This document shows, one piece after another, positions 27,612 to 37,168 of a stretch of 64,000 nucleotides of DNA (positions within the stretch are counted from its first letter, which is position 1; every line of letters begins with the position of its first letter). The position numbers were made by a program, and so were the translations under genes. The stretch is from an uncultured Candidatus Saccharibacteria bacterium. GTDB lineage: Bacteria > Patescibacteriota > Minisyncoccia > Phycocordibacterales > UBA9973. The stretch lies in the NCBI GenBank assembly GCA_964553015.1, contig CAZKJE010000001.1:94278-158277 (forward strand), read 5' to 3'. The notes below the pieces were generated by a model. The model made no database searches and was not told where the DNA came from. It was given only the letters and a program-made list of their open reading frames with translations.

Positions 27612-28211
27612 TTATAGATGAAAATGTTTCTTTAGATGTCCATCTCTTAAAATATTTTCTATAGTCAAAATCTCTACAAACTTCCCTACTCCAAAGAAAT
27701 CGGCAATAAAAATTATTTCATCTTCACATGGATAGGGAAAAATCCATGCAGATTTTTGGAACTGATAAAAACCTAGCTCTTTTAAATGATGGCGCAAAGC
27801 TTCTCTGCCTTTTGTAAATCTAATCGGAATATCAAACATTACTAATCTCCATTTTCCATTCCACTTATTTGGTTTTTTTATTTCCATAAGATCAATAGCA
27901 AAAGCTCTTAATCTTGTCTCTCCCTTTTTAGTAATTTTCACTATTGTTTTTCCACTACTGTCGCAAACATATTCAATGAGCCTTTGGCGCTTGATGCTAT
28001 CAATCGCACTATTGATCTGTTTTTTGGAATATTTTTTGGAGCCCTTAAAAATTTGCACTGCGTTACCTATAGCTCCCGCCCCGACCACAAGCACAGGAAT
28101 TGAGGCGACCGCTAATGTGCACAAGACAATATTCGCAATTTTCGCCTTAGGTGTATCAGAATTTAAGAAATCTTTTAATTGCTCTAAGTAATTGTCTTTG
28201 CTTGCATGCAT
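27612..28211 (-). CDS. PaaX-family-like transcriptional regulator with N-terminal TM segment
   Basis: 199 aa. wHTH-like LIEYVCDSSGKTIVKITKKGETRL, then a PaaX_C-like region KWNGKWRLVMFDIPIRFTKGREALRHHLKELGFYQFQKSAWIFPYP. Confidence 0.5.
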   Translation of the reverse strand: MHASKDNYLEQLKDFLNSDTPKAKIANIVLCTLAVASIPVLVVGAGAIGNAVQIFKGSKKYSKKQINSAIDSIKRQRLIEYVCDSSGKTIVKITKKGETRLRAFAIDLMEIKKPNKWNGKWRLVMFDIPIRFTKGREALRHHLKELGFYQFQKSAWIFPYPCEDEIIFIADFFGVGKFVEILTIENILRDGHLKKHFHL

Positions 28212-28267
28212 ATATCTAATATTATAGCATATGCAGAATTTTTATGTACTTATTTATGTTAAATTAC

Positions 28268-28287
28268 TGAGTTAACTCATGAGTTAA
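28268..28287. promoter_or_regulatory. Perfect 16-bp palindrome TTAACTCATGAGTTAA in the divergent intergenic region between the PaaX-like regulator and rpsB (candidate operator)
   Basis: tgagttaa-ctca-tgagttaa, 53 bp upstream of the rpsB ATG and 57 bp upstream of the regulator ATG. Confidence 0.4.
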
Positions 28288-28339
28288 GCCACGAGGAGAA
28301 AATTTGCAAAAGGTATAGCTTTCTGTTATATTTAAGCCT

Positions 28340-29077
28340 ATGCAAAAAGTTAAAACCGCAAGTGTAAGCAATGAGAATAAGCCAGAAAATGACAAAATCA
28401 TAGAGGCAATGTTCCAAGCCGGCGCGCAATACGGATACAGTAAGACCCGAAGACACCCTTCTGTTTCAAAGTATATTTATACTACAAAAAACAAAGGAGA
28501 CATCATTAATCTTGAAAAAACAAGCGAGCTTCTAGATGAGGCTTCTCTTTTCATAAAAAATCTCGGCGCACAAAACAAAACTGTGCTTTTTGTAGGCACC
28601 AAGCCTGAAGCCAAAGTAACGACAAAAAATATCGCAGAATCTCTATCCATGCCATACGTCATGGAACGCTGGATCGGCGGCACGCTTTCAAATTTCACTG
28701 AAATAAAAAAAAGAATTATGGAACTGGAGAATTATCAGAAAGACACAGCTTCCGGAGGATTAGACAAATATACCAAGAAAGAAAGAGTTGTTATGGCAAA
28801 GAAAATGGAAAAACTTGCTCGATATTACACAGGTTTGCTTGGCTTGAAAAAAGCTCCAGATGCACTTTTTATCATAGATGCAAAAAGCGAGCATATCGCC
28901 GCTACTGAAGCCAGAAAATCCGGAATACCCGTGATCGCTTTAGTAAATTCTGATTCAAACATAAAAGGAATTGACTTCCCCGTCATTGCAAACGATTCCG
29001 GCATACCTTCAATTAAATTCTTCGCAGCGGCCATCGCTGACTCTTACAAAGAAGGCCAGACAAACGTTACTAAATAA
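28340..29077 (+). CDS. rpsB: 30S ribosomal protein S2
   Basis: GDIINLEKT, LFVGTKPEAK, ERWIGGTLSNFTEIKKR, PDALFIIDAKSEHIAATEARKSGIPVIALVNSDSN are all canonical uS2 blocks. Confidence 0.95.
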   Translation: MQKVKTASVSNENKPENDKIIEAMFQAGAQYGYSKTRRHPSVSKYIYTTKNKGDIINLEKTSELLDEASLFIKNLGAQNKTVLFVGTKPEAKVTTKNIAESLSMPYVMERWIGGTLSNFTEIKKRIMELENYQKDTASGGLDKYTKKERVVMAKKMEKLARYYTGLLGLKKAPDALFIIDAKSEHIAATEARKSGIPVIALVNSDSNIKGIDFPVIANDSGIPSIKFFAAAIADSYKEGQTNVTK

Positions 29078-29136
29078 CAGAGCAAACCCCATACCAGAGC
29101 AAAGCTCGGTACGGGGCAAGTAAAAGAGCTTTTTTT

Positions 29137-29919
29137 ATGTCATCAACACAAATAACAACTGAACAAATTAAGGAATTGAGAGATGCTACGGGTATTTCCG
29201 TGATGCAATGCAAGCGCGCCTTAGAAGAGGCCGAAGGCGACATGAAAAAGGCTTTGGCCATCCTTAAAAAAACCAGTTCTGATATTGCGCTAAAAAAAGT
29301 TGACCGCGAGGTAAAAGATGGCCGAGTAGCTATAAAATCTGATAATAAAAAAGCTGTTTTGGTATCGTTATTATGCGAAACTGATTTCGTAGCAAAAAAT
29401 GAAGATTTCACCAACCTTTTAAATAACCTCACAGAAGAAGCTTTTAAAAACGGCGTAGAAAAAATGAAAGCTAGTGCCAAAGACATGATAGATCCGGTTA
29501 TTCAAAAAACAGGAGAAAATATCCAGCTTGGCGAGGCTTACGAGGTTACTGGGGAAGTCCTGGAAAGCTACTTGCACAATAATAAAATAGGAGTAATCGT
29601 GTCGCTAGATGGTGGAAACGCAGAGCTTGCAAAAGATATAGCCATGCACATCGCCGCAATGAAACCAGAATACATTTACGCGAGTGAAGTGAGCATTGAG
29701 GCGAGAAAAACCATGCAGGAAGTTTTTGAAAAAGAAGTAGCCGGCATAGACAAACCCGAAGAAATAAAGAAAAAAATGCTTGATGGAAAAATGATGACAT
29801 ATTTCAAAGATCGTACCCTTACAGATCAGCCTTTCATAAAAGATGGAGATATGACCGTAGGCAAGCTCTTAGAAACTAAAAATGCTAAAATAAAAGAAGT
29901 AAAGAGATATTCAATATAA
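29137..29919 (+). CDS. tsf: Elongation factor Ts
   Basis: ITTEQIKELRDATGISVMQCKRALEEAEGDMKKALAILKK is the EF-Ts UBA-like N-terminus. Follows rpsB as in most bacteria. Confidence 0.95.
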   Translation: MSSTQITTEQIKELRDATGISVMQCKRALEEAEGDMKKALAILKKTSSDIALKKVDREVKDGRVAIKSDNKKAVLVSLLCETDFVAKNEDFTNLLNNLTEEAFKNGVEKMKASAKDMIDPVIQKTGENIQLGEAYEVTGEVLESYLHNNKIGVIVSLDGGNAELAKDIAMHIAAMKPEYIYASEVSIEARKTMQEVFEKEVAGIDKPEEIKKKMLDGKMMTYFKDRTLTDQPFIKDGDMTVGKLLETKNAKIKEVKRYSI

Positions 29920-29932
29920 ACCTGAGTATCCT

Positions 29933-30346
29933 TTGCTAAATCATATGTATATACTTTTTACTTTATTTTTTGTTTCTCTTCTTGGAATCATATTTATGAT
30001 AGGAAGAAAGCTTTTGCTTATACAAAATGGATACGTTTTCAAAGAAGAGACTTTTGCTCTTGACGGAAAATACCTCGAAGAACTAAAAACAAAGACAGTG
30101 CGAAGTATACAAAAGCTCGGATTCGTGACCCTTGTGATAACGATCAGGATTTATGTAAAAGTTTCAAATTTCTTTCAGAGTGAATTCAAAGAAGCATTGG
30201 AAAAAATAAGAAATATGCGTGCTAAAAAATCAGACGGTATAACGATAAAAATAAAACGGGAAAATAAGTTCTTAAAGATGGTAAGCCAATACAAAAGAAG
30301 AATAAAAAAGATAAAGGAAAAGGTAAAACAAGAAGAAAGTTTGTAA
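29933..30346 (+). CDS. Hypothetical protein with N-terminal TM and Lys-rich C-terminus
   Basis: 137 aa, no recognised motif. Confidence 0.4.
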   Translation: MLNHMYILFTLFFVSLLGIIFMIGRKLLLIQNGYVFKEETFALDGKYLEELKTKTVRSIQKLGFVTLVITIRIYVKVSNFFQSEFKEALEKIRNMRAKKSDGITIKIKRENKFLKMVSQYKRRIKKIKEKVKQEESL

Positions 30347-30378
30347 ACTTCATAATGTAGTGTATAGTGTTTACCATT

Positions 30379-30451
30379 GCCGGCATAGCTCAGTTGGTAG
30401 AGCGCCAATTTTGTAAATTGGATGTCGTGGGTTCGATCCCCTCTGCCGGCT
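30379..30451 (+). tRNA. tRNA-Thr (anticodon TGT)
   Basis: GCCGGCATAGCTCAGTTGGTAGAGCGCCAATTTTGTAAATTGGATGTCGTGGGTTCGATCCCCTCTGCCGGCT. 7-bp acceptor, anticodon stem CCAAT/ATTGG with loop TTTGTAA. One U-U mismatch in the T-stem. Confidence 0.75.
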
Positions 30452-30461
30452 CAAAAAATAC

Positions 30462-31448
30462 TTAAGAAGTAGACATACCGTCCATTTTTTTGCCTATAAC
30501 CTCTTCTGCTTCTGTAAGTTCCTCTTCAAAATTTTGAAGGAACAATATTTCTTCTTCTGTGAGTTTGCGTTTGGATTGGGCTCTTTTAAGCAGAGATATA
30601 TGCTCGTTTATGTCTTTGCGAAGCAGTTTAAAAGATTCATCCACCATTTTCCCCGTCTCGCGGCTCTCTTTGCGCAGGCGGCGAACGAGGCCTAAAGAGT
30701 TATACCAAACGTATGCTCCGCTTCCAAAAAGAACAGCGAGCGCGAATAGACCAAGAATGATAGCTGAAATATAATTTAGTACGAGGCCTATAAAATCAGC
30801 CAAAAATTTTGAAACAGTTCCCTGCTTCGTTTCTTCGGGATAGTAAGTCATAGCCGGAGGCTCAGTTATAAAATCCTCCAATATTATTTCTGTATTATTT
30901 TCTTCTACGACTGGCTTCACAGGTGACGAAGAAGGACTGGTAGATTCTAATACCTTAGATTCTATGGAAAAATTGGCTGTGCCAAGATTTTCAAGAATAT
31001 TGGTTCCCGCGCCGTCATTGGCCAATACCGAACCAGAGGTAAAATAGACTTTCGCCTGTCCGGAAGATTTAGCTCTGAAAGTTACGCTAATAATATTCCC
31101 TCTGCTGCCTATGAAGCCAGGGTTAAGGGCAATGCCTTCAAAGCCAAATGTTCCCTCTGCGTTGGAAAATGCCGGTTCCTGCACCCACAGACTTACTATT
31201 GACTTGGCTTTAGATATGCCGACTATTTCGAGCTTGTCGGCAGGAAAAGAAATGGTTCCCGAAACAGCATTGACCGTTTTGTCAGGACTTGAAACATAAA
31301 CAACAACAGAAAATGTATTGCCAACCGTCCGCGACAAAACAGCGGGAGAAAAATTGAGACTCGCCGCCATGGCTGTGAAAGGCAGTAAAAATAACATACC
31401 TAGAATAAAAGAAGAGATAAAAGTTTTTATATGTTTTTTCTTGTCCAT
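30462..31448 (-). CDS. Type I membrane protein with extracellular cohesin-like domain and cytoplasmic coiled-coil tail
   Basis: Start taken at MDKKKH (31448) to avoid overlap with the upstream gene. Signal peptide, then SLNFSPAVLSRTVGNTFSVVVYVSSPDKTVNAVSGTISFP (cohesin-like beta-sandwich signature), a TM near residue 230, and a charged C-terminal tail. Confidence 0.55.
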   Translation of the reverse strand: MDKKKHIKTFISSFILGMLFLLPFTAMAASLNFSPAVLSRTVGNTFSVVVYVSSPDKTVNAVSGTISFPADKLEIVGISKAKSIVSLWVQEPAFSNAEGTFGFEGIALNPGFIGSRGNIISVTFRAKSSGQAKVYFTSGSVLANDGAGTNILENLGTANFSIESKVLESTSPSSSPVKPVVEENNTEIILEDFITEPPAMTYYPEETKQGTVSKFLADFIGLVLNYISAIILGLFALAVLFGSGAYVWYNSLGLVRRLRKESRETGKMVDESFKLLRKDINEHISLLKRAQSKRKLTEEEILFLQNFEEELTEAEEVIGKKMDGMSTS

Positions 31449-32314
31449 ATTTTTGAAATAAGAATAACAATAGAAAGCGCTACAGCAATAATTATACCCC
31501 AATAAAACAAATATTCATACCACAAAAGAGAATGGGAAGGGGCAATTTTTACAGTTTGGGCATTGCCGGCGTTATCCACAGCCTGTATTATAATATGGCT
31601 TTTAAGCGCTTGATCTGCCAGGACATGGGGACTTTGAGCAATTCTCCAACGTGAAAGAAATGGAAATGATTTCAACCGATATTCTTTTATACGATAGTGA
31701 GATACACCCGAATTTTTATCTTGCGTGGCAAACACTACAAATGATTTTTCTAAAAAGAGGGCGGAGTCGCTTGACACAACCGGCGAGAAAATTTCAGGCA
31801 GTTCTTTGTCTATTATTGACTCCGAGCGCCTCTCACTGTCTCCCTGTCCGACAAAAATAGCTACATTGTCAACAACAGCGGAATCTTTAGTGCCCTCGCC
31901 ATCGTTTAAAAGCAATTCCAAATCTTTTATTTGGATCATGGCAATTCCCTCCTTTTTCGCTTCAAAAACAACGGAGAAAACAAGATTGTTAGTTCCGCTA
32001 AAACCGCCCGGCGTGATGCCGGAAAATGAAACAGCGCCGAGTTTTTCAAGATAAGGCTTTTCTATCCAAAAATTTATGGATGAGTTGCCGTCGCGGATCT
32101 CTTTAACTTCAAGCATATACGGCAAAAACACAAGCCGTCCTGAAAGAGCATTGATGGATTCTTGTGAATGCACGATAATGCTCACGGTAAATTGCTCCCC
32201 CGTCTTTATTTTTATTTTATTGGACTCAAGGCGAACTTCCGCGGCGGAAGCTGTGAGCGGAAAAAGAATAAGTATAGCTAAACTTATAAAAATATTTTTT
32301 ATAATATGATTCAT
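31427..32314 (-). CDS. Membrane-anchored cohesin-like domain protein (paralogue of the downstream gene)
   Basis: Signal peptide. AEVRLESNKIKIKTGEQFTVSIIVHSQESINALSGRLVFLPYMLEV is the same cohesin-like N-domain pattern. C-terminal TM. Confidence 0.55.
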   Translation of the reverse strand: MNHIIKNIFISLAILILFPLTASAAEVRLESNKIKIKTGEQFTVSIIVHSQESINALSGRLVFLPYMLEVKEIRDGNSSINFWIEKPYLEKLGAVSFSGITPGGFSGTNNLVFSVVFEAKKEGIAMIQIKDLELLLNDGEGTKDSAVVDNVAIFVGQGDSERRSESIIDKELPEIFSPVVSSDSALFLEKSFVVFATQDKNSGVSHYRIKEYRLKSFPFLSRWRIAQSPHVLADQALKSHIIIQAVDNAGNAQTVKIAPSHSLLWYEYLFYWGIIIAVALSIVILISKIWTRKNI

Positions 32315-32315
32315 A

Positions 32316-33347
32316 TTAACCCGTCCAATTAAATGCCATGATGCTAAAATCTACTAGATTAACCTTGCCATCGCCGTTCAGATCGCTTCCCGCCGGAGGA
32401 TTAGGGCGCTTATACCAATAAGCTGCTATTGAAAAATCAATAAGATTAACCCTATTATCGCCATTCGTGTCCCCTCTTGGGACATTTTTAGGCAATTCAT
32501 CATTAATATTCTTTGTCCCTACTATGAAGCCTGCGACTTTTCCGAATGCGGTTATTTCTCCGCCTAGTGAGGCCTTGGACTTTGTTTGATGCTGTCCTGC
32601 TTCAAGAACTGATGTGTCAAAGTTCACCAGATAACCTCCGCTTGTATCTGCTATTTTTTTTATAAAAAATTCCTCTTCAGAACTTACGCTGATTGTTATT
32701 TCCGAAGAAGGAGCGCTCTGCCCGAAAATGGCAATGTTGTCTCCCCTCCGTACTTCGCTTTTATCGGTTGCAATTGTCGGTGCGATGAAGATACTGCCTA
32801 CTTTAGTGGTAACGCCGGATGTTACGCTGACCGGAAAGGCAAGAAGCGAAGAGCGTGTTCCTTTGCTATCTTCAGAATAAATACTGAAAATATAGTTCCC
32901 GCCAGAAATATTTGAAATGGTAATTTGAAAATCAGCGTCCGCGTCGGCCACACTTGTCGCCACAACTTGGGCGTCTTTCAGGAGCGTTATAATGCTCCTC
33001 GGGTATGCTCTGCCCGTAAATACGACATTAGTGGAAGGAATGGTGGTTTGACCTGAGTAGTTCCCCCCTCCTCCGCCGCCGCCACCCCCGCCGCCGCTTG
33101 AAACGCATTGCGAAGTATTAAAAGTGCAGGCAGAAGTACAAGACAATGTTCCGCTGGAAAACCCCAAAGAAGAGCAGGAAGCCCCGCCCAAATTAGCGCC
33201 GTCGCATTGCTCTCCCCCCGCAATAATCCCATCTCCGCAACCGGGAACTGTTGCCGTTATCTCAACGGTTATGGCAAACGCTGGGAGCGGTCCTGCGATA
33301 AAAATAAGAAAAAACGTATATATAAATAAATTTTTTATACCATTCAT
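32316..33347 (-). CDS. Secreted dockerin-containing protein with Myxococcus-type Cys-rich repeat, poly-Gly linker and Ig-like domain
   Basis: Signal peptide. CGDGIIAGGEQCDGANLGGASC matches the Cys-rich repeat CGDG..(x)GEeCDdGN. G12 run. C-terminus DTNGDNRVNLIDFSIAAYWY...DLNGDGKVNLVDFSIMAFNW is two dockerin type-I Ca-binding repeats (D.NgDg.VN..D). Confidence 0.65.
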   Translation of the reverse strand: MNGIKNLFIYTFFLIFIAGPLPAFAITVEITATVPGCGDGIIAGGEQCDGANLGGASCSSLGFSSGTLSCTSACTFNTSQCVSSGGGGGGGGGGGNYSGQTTIPSTNVVFTGRAYPRSIITLLKDAQVVATSVADADADFQITISNISGGNYIFSIYSEDSKGTRSSLLAFPVSVTSGVTTKVGSIFIAPTIATDKSEVRRGDNIAIFGQSAPSSEITISVSSEEEFFIKKIADTSGGYLVNFDTSVLEAGQHQTKSKASLGGEITAFGKVAGFIVGTKNINDELPKNVPRGDTNGDNRVNLIDFSIAAYWYKRPNPPAGSDLNGDGKVNLVDFSIMAFNWTG

Positions 33348-34363
33348 TCATTTTGTTGTTGGCGCATTGCTTGGCCGATGATAAACCGATTGTATTTCCG
33401 AAGTCCGGCCCTGCCGATAAATCCAAGTACTAAAATAATAAGCGCCAGTATTGAAAGCAGCTGCCATGGCATTATGAAAAAATTATATGAAGCGTCCGCT
33501 GTCTGATTTGTCTCTCCCCAAGAAAGATTGAGCTTTGCGGTATACCAGCCAAAATGAAAATTTTTTAATTGATCCAAGGCTGTTTTAAAGAATCCCGGAT
33601 TTGATTTTCCTTCATTTGCCTTCATTAAGTCCTTCCCCCATACAACGCTGAATTTCCTAGTACTGCCAGGAAGCACGCTTCCCTGGTTTTCGTTGGCTAG
33701 AAGCGTCGCAGAAGTAAATCTGAATGTATTTTTAACTTTGATTTCTCCCAATGGAACCACGCGATTGCCGCCGATGTTGTTAAGGCGATATTCAAAAGTT
33801 ACGGGAAGCGAGCTTGCTACTCGGCTGTTTTCTTTGACAAAAAAGTCCAAAAGGCCCCCACCCTCCGCCACTTCTCCGGAAACTCTAAGCAGAACCAAAA
33901 TACCTATCTTCCCCCCAATTGACACTTCACCCCCGCCTTCTGCTTTGGGTGGCTGACTGCCGAAGAATATGGCGGCAAAATATCCTCCTGGATCAGTGCC
34001 ATTGGGAACGGTAATGGAATAAGGAACAATAACTCGCTCTCCGGATTTGAGCGTAACGCTCGCATCCGTCTTTATCCAGGTGGCAAGGCCGTCCTTTGCC
34101 CCTACGAAGTATGGAGCACCAGAATCACCTCTCGGTTCAAAATTCTCGTAGGAGGTATAAAAAATCTTTTCGCTGTCCTGTTCGTTGAAAAGTTCAATTT
34201 CGCCCCCAACTGTCTGCCCAGGATCAGCAGTTATCTCAATCTTGGCTGGAGAAACAGTCAAGGCAAGCGCCTTGTTTGAAACAGCGAACAACAGGCCGAT
34301 TAAGAGAATTATGTGGAGTGTGTTTTTCATAGGTGTAATGAAGGTACTGTGTCCCATATACAC
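33344..34363 (-). CDS. DUF916/DUF3324-like (WxL-interacting-protein-like) surface protein with C-terminal TM anchor
   Basis: Signal peptide. ALTVSPAKIEITADPGQTVGGEIELFNEQDSEKIFYTSYENFEPRGDSGAPYF..ATWIKTD..VTLKSGERVIVPYSITVPNGTDPGGYFAAIFF resembles DUF916. C-terminal TM plus a short basic tail, as in CscA-type anchors. Confidence 0.45.
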   Translation of the reverse strand: MYMGHSTFITPMKNTLHIILLIGLLFAVSNKALALTVSPAKIEITADPGQTVGGEIELFNEQDSEKIFYTSYENFEPRGDSGAPYFVGAKDGLATWIKTDASVTLKSGERVIVPYSITVPNGTDPGGYFAAIFFGSQPPKAEGGGEVSIGGKIGILVLLRVSGEVAEGGGLLDFFVKENSRVASSLPVTFEYRLNNIGGNRVVPLGEIKVKNTFRFTSATLLANENQGSVLPGSTRKFSVVWGKDLMKANEGKSNPGFFKTALDQLKNFHFGWYTAKLNLSWGETNQTADASYNFFIMPWQLLSILALIILVLGFIGRAGLRKYNRFIIGQAMRQQQNE

Positions 34364-34368
34364 CTATG

Positions 34369-35409
34369 TTAAAAATTCGCAGTTGCTACATAGGTTAATG
34401 TGGCGGTGTATGCTCCGGCTTCGGTACTTGATGTAATGTTTCCAAGATAACGCACTGAATAAGTGGTGTTGGCTGAAGCGCCGGAAGCGGAAGCGACCTG
34501 GTCCGGAAAAGCGGCGGTGTCAAAAGCAAAACCGGCTGCGGCATAGGGAGCAGTTACACTGCCGGAACCGCCGGAAGCGGTCATGCGCAGGCCGAACTGT
34601 TCTGTGCCGGCTGATGAAGCTGTGTTAGTAGCGCCGATTGCGGTAATGGTATTACCGCCGGAAGTAAGTGTGGCCCCATTTAAAGTCATAGTATAACCAT
34701 TGGCAGCATTTGTGCCGACAACCAGCGTATGCGCTTCTGTTTCAGTTGCTGAACCGTTCGTATCGCCGGTAGCAAAGAAGTCGTCCGCGGCGGTCAAGGT
34801 GCCGAAACCGATTGAGTTGTCCGAGATGGTAAAAGTAAGCGATTCGTCTACGGTCGCTGTTACCGCAACTTGGTCATCGGTTAAAATGTTAATGACAATA
34901 TCTCCCGTATCGCCGAATGTACCTGAAACTGCGATGGTATATGAAGCCGCAGAAGTTGCGTTGGTTGAGTTTGTGCTGTCGTAGGTGAGAATTATCTTAT
35001 CACTCGCCGCAACAACAGCTGTACCAACGCCGTCTGTCGGCGCAGTGAGCGTTAGAATACGATTTTGAGTACCGGAGAAAACTGCGCCCCAGGCAGTAGC
35101 GCTCGGACTTGCGGCTAACGTTTCAGTACTTTCAGCGCCCGTCGTGGCGCCGTGGGTAAAAGTTACTGTGCCTATTGTCTTTGAAGTGAAGTTAAAGTCC
35201 GAAGGAAAGGTTATTATTATGGTATCGGTTGAATCACCTGCTCCTGTCGGGGTGGTAAACTTTATAGTGTGACTCGAAAGAGTGCTTACCTTTTGAGAAG
35301 ACAGGGTATCTGATTTGCTTGTCAAAGCGGCCGCATTTGCCACCTCTTTAGGAAAAGCAAAAACGAGAAGCGCAAAAATTAGAATCGCACCGGTTAGTTT
35401 ATTTGACAT
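34369..35409 (-). CDS. Secreted surface protein with ~165-aa C-terminal domain shared with the next gene (candidate divergent WxL-like domain)
   Basis: Signal peptide. The C-terminal domain LTFTISDNSIGFGTLTAADDFFATGDTNGSATETEAHTLVVGTNAANGYTMTLNGATLTSGGNTITAIGATNTASSAGTEQFGLRMTASGG..TTYSVRYLGNITSSTEAGAYTATLTYVATANF is about 80% identical to the C-terminus of 35534..37168. Confidence 0.6.
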   Translation of the reverse strand: MSNKLTGAILIFALLVFAFPKEVANAAALTSKSDTLSSQKVSTLSSHTIKFTTPTGAGDSTDTIIITFPSDFNFTSKTIGTVTFTHGATTGAESTETLAASPSATAWGAVFSGTQNRILTLTAPTDGVGTAVVAASDKIILTYDSTNSTNATSAASYTIAVSGTFGDTGDIVINILTDDQVAVTATVDESLTFTISDNSIGFGTLTAADDFFATGDTNGSATETEAHTLVVGTNAANGYTMTLNGATLTSGGNTITAIGATNTASSAGTEQFGLRMTASGGSGSVTAPYAAAGFAFDTAAFPDQVASASGASANTTYSVRYLGNITSSTEAGAYTATLTYVATANF

Positions 35410-35533
35410 AATAATTTAAAAAATTTTTAAAAATAAAATTATAATCTCGACTTAAAATTAAACGAAAAGTTACAATATATTATATTAAAATCTCATTATA
35501 ATAGCCAACTTCGCCTGTGGATAACATTTTTAA

Positions 35534-37168
35534 TCAAAAACTGGCGGTAATGACATAGGTTAACACCGCACTGTAACTGCCTGCCTCGGTGTTGGCGGTA
35601 ATGTTGCCTAAGTAGCGAACTGAATAGGTCGTGGAAACATCGTCTCCATCCGCATCGGAAGCCACTTGGTCTGGAAAATTGCCAGTGTCTAAGGCAAAAC
35701 CTGCGGCAGCATAAGGGCTAGACACTGCACCGTTTCCTCCGGAAGCAGTCATGCGGAGTCCAAATTGCTCCGAGCCGGCAGAAGAAGCAGTATTTGTTCC
35801 GCCGATTGCGGTAATGGTATTACCGCCTGAAGTCAAAGTTGTCCCGTTTACTGTGATTGCATACCCGCTTCCGGCATTAGTGGATGCTGTGATAGTGTGC
35901 GCCTCAACTTCTGTCGCCGAACCGGTACCAGCTCCATTGGCAAAGAAATCATCTGCCGAAGTAAGCGTGCCGAAGCCGATAGTGTTGTCGGAGATACTAA
36001 ACGTGAGAGATTGCGCTGCGCCAGTGGTAAAAGTGTTGCAAGTTGACGAATCGGTAAAACTTCCATTCCCGTCGGGATCTTTGGCTGATGCTTTCCACCA
36101 ATATTGAGTGCTTGCTGACAGCGCGGTTTGGGTCAAAAAGCTTCCTTGGGTGCTGGAAGTATAACAGGCGGTTGGAGCGGCAGTGCAGGTTGCGTTGCTT
36201 CCTGTCCAGCCGGTTGAGCTTACTGCCTGGTCGTTGGTTTGCACTACCGTGGTACACCCGCTGTTTGAATAAATTGTAACTTTATAACTTAAATTATCTA
36301 CGGTTGTGTCAGCATCGGTAGCAGTCATTGTAAAGGTTGGTGTCACTGAAACACCGGTAGCGGCATTGGCCGGCGAATCCTGCGTAGGCGCGTTTGGCGG
36401 CTTATTGTAAGTAAGAATGACTTTTCCTACGGCTCCGCTTCCGCCGCTAATATTAGTTCCATCAGCCGCTCCTCCGCCTCCGCCTCCATTTCCAGAGGCT
36501 GGAGCAGAACCAGCGGCGTTAGCAGAAGCACCGCCATCACCGCCATGTCCTCCGCCTGTTGGAGTGTTTGCAGTTGGATAAGTTGCAGTACTCCATGTTT
36601 GAGGACCGCTCCACCCGTCCGCAGCAGTGCCGGCAGAAGAACCTCCGTAACCGCCTAGGCCGGCGTTGTTATTTCTTCCCTTTTCTCCTTGTCCTCCGCT
36701 AAATTTTGTATCGCCTACTCCCGAGGCTGCCGCGCCGCCAGCCCCGCCAGCTGGCGGTGTTCCCGTTGAACAGGCGCCGGGAGAACCTCCTTTTGCTAAA
36801 ACGGTTGAAGTATTTACAAACCAGCTGTCGCCTCCGGCGGTTGACGCGGTGCAACCAGCGTTTCCTGTACCAGCCGCACCAACCGTAACTGTATAATTAT
36901 TACCTGGAATTACAGTAGTTGTGTTGTCTTTTGAATATGCTCCGCCGCCTCCGCCGCCTCCGCCATCCGTAGTTGCGTTTTCTCCTCCTCCTCCGCCTCC
37001 GCCTCCCCAAACTTCAGCAGTGACAGAAGTGACGCCTGTCGGGGCTGTCCAGGTCGTTGAACTGGTAAAAGTTTCGGTAGTACTTGCCTCTGCAATTATT
37101 ATCTGGACAAATAAAAAGATAGAAAAAGATAGAAAAAATAATTTTGGCAGGTATTTTATTATTTTCAT
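35534..37168 (-). CDS. Secreted surface protein: Gly-rich segments, FN3/Ig-like middle, C-terminal domain paralogous to the 34369..35409 C-terminus
   Basis: Signal peptide. GGGGGGGENATTDGGGGGGGG runs. C-terminus LTFSISDNTIGFGTLTSADDFFANGAGTGSATEVEAHTITASTNAGSGYAITVNGTTLTSGGNTITAIGGTNTASSAGSEQFGLRMTASGG..TTYSVRYLGNITANTEAGSYSAVLTYVITASF. Confidence 0.6.
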   Translation of the reverse strand: MKIIKYLPKLFFLSFSIFLFVQIIIAEASTTETFTSSTTWTAPTGVTSVTAEVWGGGGGGGGENATTDGGGGGGGGAYSKDNTTTVIPGNNYTVTVGAAGTGNAGCTASTAGGDSWFVNTSTVLAKGGSPGACSTGTPPAGGAGGAAASGVGDTKFSGGQGEKGRNNNAGLGGYGGSSAGTAADGWSGPQTWSTATYPTANTPTGGGHGGDGGASANAAGSAPASGNGGGGGGAADGTNISGGSGAVGKVILTYNKPPNAPTQDSPANAATGVSVTPTFTMTATDADTTVDNLSYKVTIYSNSGCTTVVQTNDQAVSSTGWTGSNATCTAAPTACYTSSTQGSFLTQTALSASTQYWWKASAKDPDGNGSFTDSSTCNTFTTGAAQSLTFSISDNTIGFGTLTSADDFFANGAGTGSATEVEAHTITASTNAGSGYAITVNGTTLTSGGNTITAIGGTNTASSAGSEQFGLRMTASGGNGAVSSPYAAAGFALDTGNFPDQVASDADGDDVSTTYSVRYLGNITANTEAGSYSAVLTYVITASF

